A stretch of DNA of 64,000 nt from assembly GCA_977017575.1 (NCBI GenBank), contig CDRNVI010000069.1, forward strand, positions 387,664 to 451,663, given 5' to 3'. The stretch is from Paramoeba atlantica (taxonomy: Eukaryota; Protista; Discosea). Position numbers and translations under genes: made by a program. Positions 40,587 through 50,589 of the stretch are shown here, one piece after another. A model generated the notes under the pieces. That model searched no databases, was not told where the DNA came from, and saw only the letters and a program-made list of their open reading frames with translations. Numbering within the stretch: position 1 is the stretch's first letter; each line of letters opens with the position of its first letter.

Positions 40587-41681
40587 ATAACTTAGTATGC
40601 GACAACCTGATGAAATGCAAAGACAACGCTGTCATCATCAAGGCAGCCAGCGAAAAAGGAAACTCCTGTTGGCTAAACTCCTCTGCTAGGCAAATCTCCT
40701 CTCAGCACTTCACTCTCGCTTTAATGCCACGCCTAGGCATAGCCCACCCATCATTACCGACGAATCTGAAATGCCCTGGGTGTCAGATACTGTTGTCTGC
40801 TCAGGACGCGATTGCACACGTCACAGGTTGCGTCAAGTGTGCGGGTAACAATGCGTCAACAAAACACAACTGCATGGTACGCAGGATTTACGACTTATGC
40901 ATAAAAGCTGGAATTCCGTGCGAAATGGAGCCTAGACCATTCTCTAGTTATCGCTGCCTGAAATGCAACGAGGTGGTGGAAGGAGAGAGGAAGTCAGAGC
41001 ATCAACGCACATGCGGTTCTCCCTCCTTCCACCGTTCCGGACCGGATTTGGCGATATACTGGGCAACGGGAATTATCTATTACGACTTCACAATCCTGCA
41101 TGAATTTGCCCCATCGAATGCCGGCAGAAGCGGGGCGCAGTTAATGCGAGATGCAATTAAAAAGAAACACGCCACGTACGTCAAAACAGGTTTGATACCG
41201 TTTGAGCAATTTAAATGCATCCCCATGCTTTCTGGAGGAGCGCTTCATAGCGGCACTAAGATTCTCCTTAACTCGCTTGCTGATGTGTGCGGCTTATCAC
41301 GAGAGTTCGTAATACATGATCTCGCCTTGCGCTTGCAAGAGTTGAACGGGTCGATCGCGCTTTCTCAGCTTCGGAGATTCATTGACCCTCGCAGCGACGA
41401 AGAGTCTGCCTTTTGAAAAAGTTCTTTTTAGAACGTAGTTAATAAATGAAAAAGTGGAAATATTAACCCCTTTTTGATCTAATCTCACATGTAAACCTGG
41501 GTGTGTTATTAACTGAAGAGACAGGAAGTTTCCTTAAAAAAAAAAAAAAAATTGGGCTACAACATGTGAAATTGCTAATTTGATTGCTTGTTTACAAATC
41601 ATATACCCCCCCAATGGACCTTCATGGTTCATGTATTGGGTAATATAGAGGCAATGCCGCGTTTCATACTAGGAGATATAC

Positions 41682-41897
41682 CTAGCCGCATTTGCGGTGC
41701 ATCTGAACCGTTGGCGAAGGTACCGGTGGCGATGGTGTCAGCGTCGCTGGCGGCGGAGGTTCGGGCGGCGATGGCGTCGATTCGGGTGTCGGCGGCCGCT
41801 CATCAGGGGTTTTCTTCCTTCGACGCGTTGGTGGCAGCGGTTGGATCACCGGAGCTACTCCAGTGTCCTTCGCCCGACTGCGGGTGAACATGCCCAT
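41682..41897 (-). pseudogene. Short N-terminal fragment of a CRE-like ORF
   Basis: MGMFTRSRAKDTGVAPVIQPLP, near-identical to the start at 34460. Confidence 0.75.
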
Positions 41898-42155
41898 AAG
41901 GGGGGGAAGTAAGAATGTAAAAAAAAAGAATCAACTCTAAAAAAAAAGAATCGCTCGGTGGCATCTTGGGGAATGATTCATCGAACTCGTATGATTTTTA
42001 GCAGAATTTAGTGGATCATGGAGGTCTGGAGGTGATAACGGTGTCAGAGGTGGCAGCGACGGCGGTGGCAACGGCGGTGGCAAATCTGGCGATTCTGGGC
42101 TCGGGCGTGTAGTTTGCGTGGTGATGATTGCTGAAAGTTGATGGCTCTCAGTTTG

Positions 42156-45100
42156 TTTTTTTTTTTTTTTTGCAATTAATAAGGGGGGGAGAAGTATGAA
42201 TCGCGGCATTGCCTCTATATTTTGACCCAGTAGACGAACCAAGTACATAGTAGGTCCATTAGGGGGGTATATGAATTTAAAACAAGCAATCAAATTAGCA
42301 ATTCTTTTTATTTCCACAGGAGTATATTTTGTTTTTCTTTTTTCTCAGCCCAAAACTAGCAATTCAATCTCCCCTAAGTATATACTACAAACAAGAAACA
42401 GTAAAAATTAAAACAAGCAATCCATGCCCAATCCATTCGCGCGTTCCGGACCGGGTCTTTCGACCTCTCCACGGCCTGACTTGTGGACCCTTCCCTTGTT
42501 ATACGGGAGGGCGCAGGCGCGGGCCTGTGTCGACAGCGACACGGTCGCGAAACAGGATGCTGGCCGACGGGGAGGAGATTCACTACCCGTGTACTACCTC
42601 ACTTGGGGTACCTAGCCCTGACGGACTAGGCGTGAGCATAGACTCTGTCGACTCGACCAGCATCCGGGCCAGAGGTATGTGGCCCTGCGCATGGCGTCTT
42701 CGCCATGCCCCTAAGCGCCTTCAAGGGGGGGCGTTAGGGTCACTGACAACTATCCTGGAGACCATCATCCGAGCCTGGGAACGCATCAACGTGACATTAA
42801 GCTCTTTCAAAAGGATGTTTCGTGCCTGAGTGTCTGTTAAAAGACCGTTCGACGCGTTGGCACGTAACGCTCCCACCTTCCACAGGACCGTCAAGGCACT
42901 TCTGCTCCATGAGCCGAAGGACTCAACAATCATCGCTGTGAACAGTAACTGAGCTGCTTCCGCTTCCTGGCGCTGCTTCCCTTTCGTTTCAGAGAAGTGT
43001 TCAGCAAAAGACCCCGCAGCCACCCAGCTAGCATTACGGACTGAGTCCAAATACTTCAATTGCTGTGCGTGGGTGACTGCGAAGTCTAGAACCATGCCAC
43101 TTCCCAGTTCATAGTTGGGAAGAAAAACATCGCCTGGTCTGGTGAGACCTCCTCCAGGTCCCCGATTTCCGAGACTTTTTTCCCTTTGCGGAGCCATATT
43201 GGCCTTGCTGCAGAAGGAGGTGAACTGTTGGCAGACCGCATTGTGGCGGGTGATGAGGCCGTGCCCGTTCTTACACATCAGAGCGTATTCCCCATTTTTT
43301 AGGAGTGGTAAGTCACATCCTTTTGCTGGACAAGGTCGATCCTCTGGATAGACATCCATGCCCAACCACCAGCGGGATAAGGTACGGAACTCTGTGGGAG
43401 TGAAAGCGTATCCCTTGGTCCGCGACGGAGTCACGAAAGCCCAGCTCCCGGCACCTTTTCCGGACTCTGATATCCATCTTGCACGTGTGCGGGGGTCAGC
43501 CTTCTCGTATGCAGTGTTAAATTCTTGCTGGGAAATGACTTGGCTGAGCTGTTGCTGTCTAGGGATAATCATCTCCGGTTCGGCCGTCTTCTCTGATCCC
43601 TTTTTATTCTGCGTCCGCCGAGGGCGTTTTGTTTGCGAGGACAAGCTATGACGCAGATCAGAATCTGTGCGAGGATTGTTTTGTTTGGGAGTGCGTCCTG
43701 TGCATGGGTCCACAAGCGCTGCGCCTGCTTTATCGTTTACGTCTTGCACGGAGGTAGTAAATCCTTGAGCTTCCAAGGGGTCCCAGTCGTCCATGTCGGC
43801 GGCATGAGCGACAGATGAAACGTATGCCGCCGTTGCGTGCAGTGTCGACGATCTGAGACCGAAGCCTCCGTGGCGCTTCCTGCGCAGTATTTGATCACGT
43901 GCGGGGGGGTCCAGGGGAAAAAGTGCCCACTCTACAGCCGTCATGACAGAGTCGTCTAGTAAAAAGCAAAGATGGGTAAGGGCCTGTGGGGGTGTAGTTC
44001 GGAGGGCGTATACCATCTGACAGAACCCCGTGCATTGACGGATTAGAGCACTGGCCACTTGGGGGTCTCCTATTAAACCTATGGCGGCTAGGGTCTCACG
44101 TGCTGGGTCGATGGCGTGCTGCATCAGGAACTCCGCGCAGTGCTCGTCCGACCCGATCGGGCTCCCAAGGATATCGAAGTTCCCGTCGTGCCGGATTTTC
44201 GCCTTTGGGATCTCGGGAAAAAGCGTTGTGAGATGAGCCGAGGCAGGTGGCGTTATGATTTCACTTTTCGCAGGATTCAAGAAAAGTCCGCACCGGGGGC
44301 CAACTTCCGAAAAAACGTCCACCGCCTTTCTGACCTCCACAGCCTCTCCCATAAGAACCCCATCGTCGAGGTACCACAGTTGCGAGTCAAGGTTTGATCG
44401 GGATGCTATCTCTTCCGTCACCTCAGAAAGCACTAGAGAGAATAAAAGTGGGCCTAAAGGATCACCTTGTTGCACGCCTTCGGCTGAAGGGATGAAATTG
44501 TTTCCATACGTGAGGCAACTCGGACTTGAGTAGCACCATTCTACCCAGGGCGAAAGTTCCGGAAAATGTAGGCGCGTGAGAAGAGCGAAGACGGGTCTGC
44601 TGACGTTGTTAAAAGCGTTTCGCAGATCAACCTTGCAGAAAACCAGCTTGTCGCTCCCCATGTTGTTGAGCATAGTTTTCCGACAGAGATGAATCACTCG
44701 TTCGGACCCCGCAGATGCGGCAACACCGTATTGGCGTCCACGGAATAACGTTCCCGCCTTCTCCTTTACGGCGAGGCATGCTGCCTTGCTTACTAGGCGC
44801 CTTAGGGTTTCGCCCGCCGCAATGGGCCGTACGTCGTCTTCGCCTTTCTCCAGAGCGCAAAGTCTAGCTCCTGCATAGGACTGCTGAACTTCAGGCGGCG
44901 CCTTTCCCTCGAGTAAGTGGTTCACGAGGCGTGTGAGAGCTGAGAGAGGACTTACGTTTTTGTCCTCGTGTTCCAAAATAGCCGACTGGAGATGCTCAGG
45001 ACGGAGGCCCATTGTACCGGCGGAAGACCCCCTGTGAAAGCTTTGAACCGCATTCCTGACCTCTGCTTCTTGCAACTGTAGAGGGGCACCCTTAATCGGC

Positions 45101-46400
45101 GGTAGATCTTCCTCGAGGGGATTTTCGTGGGGCTCTGGGTGTTTTTCCAACAGCTTGGCAAGGGTCTCCTCGTTGTCCGGGGCCATGGGAGCTGCAGATA
45201 GGGCGGCCATTCCTCTAGAGAATTCCCCCTGACGCACCAAGAGCTCTGCTCTTATTGCCGCTCTATCTTCGTCACTTTCTGGGTTCCTGGACTTCGAGCG
45301 TTTTCTCTCGCCATCCTTCAGGGCTTGGTCCCAGAGGAGAAGGTAGTCTCCACCGAGCCAGAGCTCCATGCGTTTTTCCACGTATGTGGAGTACGATGTG
45401 TGCCCTTTACGACCGCCACGGTAAGGGGCCGGGAGAACGCACTTCGGAAGCATCGCGAGGAGGGTCCAGGCCTGCACTGTGTTTTCTTTGACAGCGGATG
45501 TTAATGCTTCACTCAAAATTCTGGCCCACAAGAATCTGCAGCAATGGGGGACGTCCTTACAGGTGCTTAAAGGAAGTGAACAAACTGAGCTAAGAAGTGG
45601 AAGTGGATCAGCTGGATGCTCTTCATTTATTTTCTCCGAAAAAGACGTCGGCATGGGCGGCGTTAGTGATCGAACGGGTTGGTTTCGTCCTTTACAGTGC
45701 TTAAGGTGAGAGATCTGTTTGCTTTTGTCGTAATGTCGGATGCAATCCTTGCAAAGGAATCTACCTTCCTTTTCCCACCAATCAGTCGAAATATTTTTAC
45801 CATGTCGGTGAGCTACATGATTGTAGAACGCTTGCCATTGCCCTCCGTGTGGGGGAGTCTTCCAGGTGCAACCTGCCGCTGGGCATTCACGTTGTATGGT
45901 GTATTGTGGAGTGGAATTCGGTGTTTTGCGTTTCGGAGTCTTGGTTGCAGGTGAAGCGTTGGTGTCAGGATTCGCTTGAGGCTGTGTCATGTTTGTTCGT
46001 ATGACGAGGGAGTGATTTGTCTCCTCATTGTCTGTTACCTTCCCCGTGTCTGGCGTGGGTTTCTCTCCGTCTATCATGATAGCTCGTCTTGTCCAGTATT
46101 CGGGCACATTCTCGGGAATAGGGGTGGTGTAAAGGAGTTCATTATACGTGCTTCTGCCAGAAATCAAGTGCGCGTTCCCGGCGAATTGATCCCAGTCTCC
46201 AGCGTTATGAGATTTCTCTTCCTGGGCAAAGGAGTCATCTTCCATGGGTAGCGCTTCTTCATCGAAACGTTCGTCGTATGACAACGCGAGACCCAGGTTT
46301 TTCTGGCTGGTCATAGAAGGAACCGCGTACCTGGAGAAAAGTGAAATAAGGAAAATAATTCAACAAGGTACAGAAACTGCATCTTTATCGTTAAAGAGTT
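42156..46400 (-). mobile_element. Complete LsmAD-type CRE-like element: full SL exon, 5' UTR, single ORF, 3' UTR, poly(A)
   Basis: SL 46400-46361 (AACTCTTTAACGATAAAGATGCAGTTTCTGTACCTTGTTG), ATG 46314, stop 42721, T-run 42156-42171. Confidence 0.9.
42721..46314 (-). CDS. LsmAD-like, 2 Zn fingers, RT, Zn finger, RLE polyprotein (1197 aa)
   Basis: WDQFAGN...STYNELLYTT, CPAAGC...HVAHRH, CKDC...HLKHC, KVDLRNAFN, GVQQGDPLGP, WYLDD, RHNA, RPGDVF, DFAVTH, VESFG. Confidence 0.92.
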   Translation of the reverse strand: MTSQKNLGLALSYDERFDEEALPMEDDSFAQEEKSHNAGDWDQFAGNAHLISGRSTYNELLYTTPIPENVPEYWTRRAIMIDGEKPTPDTGKVTDNEETNHSLVIRTNMTQPQANPDTNASPATKTPKRKTPNSTPQYTIQRECPAAGCTWKTPPHGGQWQAFYNHVAHRHGKNISTDWWEKEGRFLCKDCIRHYDKSKQISHLKHCKGRNQPVRSLTPPMPTSFSEKINEEHPADPLPLLSSVCSLPLSTCKDVPHCCRFLWARILSEALTSAVKENTVQAWTLLAMLPKCVLPAPYRGGRKGHTSYSTYVEKRMELWLGGDYLLLWDQALKDGERKRSKSRNPESDEDRAAIRAELLVRQGEFSRGMAALSAAPMAPDNEETLAKLLEKHPEPHENPLEEDLPPIKGAPLQLQEAEVRNAVQSFHRGSSAGTMGLRPEHLQSAILEHEDKNVSPLSALTRLVNHLLEGKAPPEVQQSYAGARLCALEKGEDDVRPIAAGETLRRLVSKAACLAVKEKAGTLFRGRQYGVAASAGSERVIHLCRKTMLNNMGSDKLVFCKVDLRNAFNNVSRPVFALLTRLHFPELSPWVEWCYSSPSCLTYGNNFIPSAEGVQQGDPLGPLLFSLVLSEVTEEIASRSNLDSQLWYLDDGVLMGEAVEVRKAVDVFSEVGPRCGLFLNPAKSEIITPPASAHLTTLFPEIPKAKIRHDGNFDILGSPIGSDEHCAEFLMQHAIDPARETLAAIGLIGDPQVASALIRQCTGFCQMVYALRTTPPQALTHLCFLLDDSVMTAVEWALFPLDPPARDQILRRKRHGGFGLRSSTLHATAAYVSSVAHAADMDDWDPLEAQGFTTSVQDVNDKAGAALVDPCTGRTPKQNNPRTDSDLRHSLSSQTKRPRRTQNKKGSEKTAEPEMIIPRQQQLSQVISQQEFNTAYEKADPRTRARWISESGKGAGSWAFVTPSRTKGYAFTPTEFRTLSRWWLGMDVYPEDRPCPAKGCDLPLLKNGEYALMCKNGHGLITRHNAVCQQFTSFCSKANMAPQREKSLGNRGPGGGLTRPGDVFLPNYELGSGMVLDFAVTHAQQLKYLDSVRNASWVAAGSFAEHFSETKGKQRQEAEAAQLLFTAMIVESFGSWSRSALTVLWKVGALRANASNGLLTDTQARNILLKELNVTLMRSQARMMVSRIVVSDPNAPP

Positions 46401-47846
46401 TTTTTTTTTTTTTTTTTTTTTTTTGCGATTAATAAGGGGGGAGAAGTATGAATCGCGGCATTGCCTCTATATTTTGACCCAGTAGACGAACCAAGTACAT
46501 AGTAGGTCCATTAGGGGGGTATATGAATTTAAAACAAGCAATCAAATTAGCAATTCTTTTTATTTCCACAGAAGTATATTTTCTTTTTCTTTTTTCTCAG
46601 CCCAAAACTAGCAATTCAATCTCCCCTAAGTATATACGACAAACAAGACACAGTAAAAATAAAAACAAGCAATCCAGACCCAATCCATTCGCGCGTTCCG
46701 GACCGGGTCTTTCGACCTCTCCACGGCCTGACTTGTGAACCATTCCCTTGTTATGTGGGAGGGCGCTCCCATCTTCCTCATGCATGTTCCGAACCGGGTC
46801 TTTCGACCACTCCCAGCTTGCCTTGTTAACCCTTCTCTTGTTGTACGAGAGGGCGCAAGCAATGGGCCTGTGCCGACAGCGGCACGGTCGCGGAGCATGA
46901 TGCTGGCCGACGGGGAGGAACAAAGTTCCCTACCCTTGTCCTACCTCACTTGGGGTACCTAGCCCTGACGGACTAGGCGTGAGCATAGACCCTGTCGGCA
47001 CCGACCAGCATCCGGACCAGCGGTTTATGTCCCAGTGGGTATTCCCGAGATCCCTTAGGCCCCTTCCAGGGGAGCGTCAGGGTCACTGACGACTATCCTA
47101 GAGACCATCATCCGGGCCTGGGAGCGCATGAGAGCCACGTTCAGCTCTTTGAGAAGGTCATTTCGGGCTTGAGTGTCTGTGAGTAGACCGTTTGACGCGT
47201 TTGCGCGTAACGCCCCCACCTTCCACAAAACAGCCATCGCGCTTTTACTCCACGAGCCAAAGGATTCAACTACCATGGCCGTAAAAAGTAATTTCGCTTC
47301 CTCCGCTTCCTGGCGTTGTTTATCCTTCGTTGCTGAGTAGTGTTCAGCGAAAGATCCCGCAGCCACCCAGCTAGCATTCCGGACAGAGTCCAAATACTTT
47401 AGTTGCTGTGCGTGGGTGACTGCGAAGTCTAACACCATACCACTTCCCAGGGTGTAATTCGGGAGAAACACGTCAGCAGGTCTGGTGAGACCCCCTCTTG
47501 GACCACGATTTCCCAGGCTTTTCTCCCTTTGCGGAGCTATGTCGGCTTTTCTGCAGAATGCTGTGAATTGCTCACAGACCGCGTTGTGACGGGTGATGAG
47601 GCCATGTCCGTTCTTACATAACAATGCATGTTCCCCATTTTTCTGCAGAGGTAATATGCATCCCTTCGCTGGGCAAGGGCGATCTTCTTGATATATGTCG
47701 GATCCCAGCCACCAGCGGGACAGCGTGCGGAACTCTGTTGGTGTGAAGGCGTATCCTTTGCTCCTAGAGGGCGTCACGAAAGACCAGCTACCTGCTCCCT
47801 TACCCGACTCTGAAACCCACAGTGCGCGAGTGCGAGGGTCAGCCTG
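46401..47846 (-). pseudogene. 3' fragment of an LsmAD-lineage element (RLE ORF 47055 to about 47846, 3' UTR, poly(A))
   Basis: Very similar to the C-terminus of 42721-46314; its poly(A) abuts the SL of the next element. Confidence 0.85.
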
Positions 47847-48395
47847 CCTTTTTTTTTTTTTTTTTTGCAGATAATAGGGGGGGAAGAGTACGAGTTCTAA
47901 CTTTATATATGTATGTACGGTATGACTTTCTCACTTACTTTCCTACTTGCTCAACTTCTTTCCCTCACTTCCCCCCATTTTAAAAACGAGCAAAATATAT
48001 AACTAGCAAATACATGCTTTCCCATCTTACCCACTTCCCCTTACCAATCTTACCAGCTTTCCAGGGAGGGTAAGGTCTCCCTCGGCTAGGAGGGGCAGAC
48101 TTTCCCCGAACCATTCGCGCGTTCCGGACCGGGTCTTTCGACCTCTCCCAGCTTGCCTTGGTAACCCTTCTCTTGTTGTACGAGAGGGCGCAAGCAATGG
48201 GCCTGTGCCGACAGCGGCACGGTCGCGGAGCATGATGCTGGCCGACGGGGAGGAACAAAGTTCCCTACCCATGTCCTACCTCACTTGGAGTACCTAGCCC
48301 TGGCGGACTAGGCGTGAGCATAGACCCTGCCGGCATCGACCAGCATCCGGACCAGCTGTTCGAGTTCCGGCTGAGCGGCCCATCTTGCACATCCG

Positions 48396-50380
48396 TCATC
48401 GTGCTATTGCTCGATTAAAGGGGGCAAGGGGTCCACAGCCGGCAGGCGCGTAATCATCATGCGTGCCTGGCAACGCATCAATGTTACGTTCATGTCGGTC
48501 ACGAGACGGAGCGTAGAGGCCTCGTCTGTCAAGATACCGTTGGACGCTTTTGCCCTTCGTTCTCCAACCTTCCGGAGAACGGCTAAAGCACTGGCACTCC
48601 AAGAGCCATAGCTCTCGACCACCATAGCTGTGAAATCGCTTCCGGCATCTTCAGATTCACGGCGTTGTCGGACTTTCTGCTCTGAGGCATAATGCTCTGC
48701 GAAGGACCCCGCGGCCACCCAGCTAGCATTTCGGACTGTGTCCGTGTATTTAGATTGCTGGGCGTGAGTGACCGCGAAGTCAAGCACGATAGGTTTCCCG
48801 AGGAAGAGACTCGGAAGGAAGACGTCCCCGGGCCTAGTCAGAGCGCCTCCGGGGCCCCGGTTCCCGAGGCTTTTTTCCCGTTGGGGAGCTAGGCGTGCGT
48901 TACTGCAAGTATCGGCAAAGTGATCGGCCAAGGCGTTGTGACGGCCGATGATACCGTCCCCGTGCTTGCATGTGAGAGCGTGATCGCCGTGTATGTCCAA
49001 TGGGAGTGTGCAGTTCCCCTTGGGACATGTACCTTCTTCCCCGTACACGGGCACACCTAACCACCAGCGGGATAGGATGCGGAATTCTGTGGGGTTAAAG
49101 GCGTGGCCCGTGTCTCTGGAAGGAGTTACGAACGCCCAACTGCTTGCTCCTTTACCACACTGAGAAGCCCAGCGTGCGCGAGTCCGGGCGTCGGCGTTTT
49201 CATATGCGTGCGAGAACTCTGTGGCAGAGATCGCGTAACTTATGTCTTTTTGGCGGGGGACGCTATTACTTGCCCAGTCGGGTGGCTGCGCGTCAACGCA
49301 ATCTTCGGATGCGTAAAGGGGGTTTGTATCGTGTGGAAAGTCTTCGGAATGAGGCAATGCGCGGTCACGAGGAAGGGAAGGCGGATTTGCGGGTTCAAAG
49401 GGATGTCTGGTTTCTCCCTCGCGAGATCTCTTGGTGAAGCGAGCTTTGGGGGAGAGTTCTTCACATTTATGGCGCGGGATGGAACGCACGAGTCCGTTTG
49501 AGTCGAGTAGACTGATACCAACTTTCGAATTCACGTCTTCAATCGATTGTAGAAAGCCCTCCACTTCTGAAGCATCCCATGAGTCCGTGGCCGCCGCGAA
49601 AACTACAGAGGAGGCGTAAGCGGAGGATGCGTGCACGGTCGCCGATTTTAAACCGAAACCTCCGTGTCTTTTCAAGCGCTGAATTTGGGCGCGTGCGGAG
49701 GGAGGCAAAGGACATAGAGTGGATTCGACCGCGTGCATTAGGAAGTCGTCGAGCCGCTTGCAGAGGTTCATAACTGATTGCGGGGGCGTCGTTCGTAGAG
49801 CATGTACCAATTTGCAGAATCCAGCACATTGTCGAATTAGCGCCATGGCTACCTGGGGGTCCCGGATTCTGGTTATGGCATCAAGGGCCATTTCAGCGGG
49901 CTCAACCGCGTGTGTCAGCAGATATTCAGTACAGTACTCAGGGGACCCAATTGGGCTTCCTAGGACACTAAAGTTACCGCACACGTTTATTTTGGCGTCG
50001 GGTATGTCCGGAAATATGGTTACAACGTTAGCCGAGGCAGGGGGGGTGATTATTTCGCACTTGGACATGTTCAGATATAGGCCCCATCGCGGACCTACTC
50101 TGGCGATTGTATCCAACGAATTCCTGACGTCTTCTGCCCTGCCAATGAGAATCCCGTCGTCTAGGTACCATAGCTGCAAGTCCAGGTCGGCCTGGTGATA
50201 GATTTCTTTTGCAAGTTCCAAGGAGACCAGTGAAAAGAAAAGTGGTCCCAGGGGATCGCCCTGTTGGACGCCTTCATCCGAAAGGAGTGTGTGGTCACGA
50301 TAGGTCAAAGCACTAGTTGTCGTATAGCACCAGCTAGCCCAGGGGAACAATTCCGGAAAATGTTCGCCTACAAGTTTCAA
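48396..50380 (-). pseudogene. 3' half of the split element (RT C-terminal half, CCHC, RLE)
   Basis: GVQQGDPLGP, WYLDD, CPKGNC...HALTC, RPGDVF, DFAVTH, VESYG. Confidence 0.88.
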
Positions 50381-50589
50381 TCCAATCCAATCCAATCCAA
50401 AATACCGACAAAGTCGGCTAAAATACTTAGCACTTTCACATCAAACACTTCCATCTCTATCACCTCCAAATTCAGAGTTTTTGTGCCTCCAATACTAGAG
50501 CACACAAACCGCATAAAGTAATGGAATATAAAAACTTCCTCAAGGCATATTCTAGCACACGTACGGAGATACACAGCAAGCACTCACAC

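Larger units (their letters stand above)
34490..41551 (+). mobile_element. One CRE-like element split by three nested insertions (coding pieces about 34490-36482, 37711-37939, 40089-40421, 40596-41416)
   Basis: Direct repeats TCTTTGAA (36475/37703), ACATCGTT (37932/40081) and ATAACTTAG (40413/40587). Removing the inserts restores KCVFFE|GMNC, VRHR|YHMRVH and HHNL|VCDNL. Poly(A) at 41536-41551. Confidence 0.85.

Noticed and set aside
41925-41940. SL remnant ahead of the fragment at 41897
   Set aside because: Only GTTG matches; too short to count.
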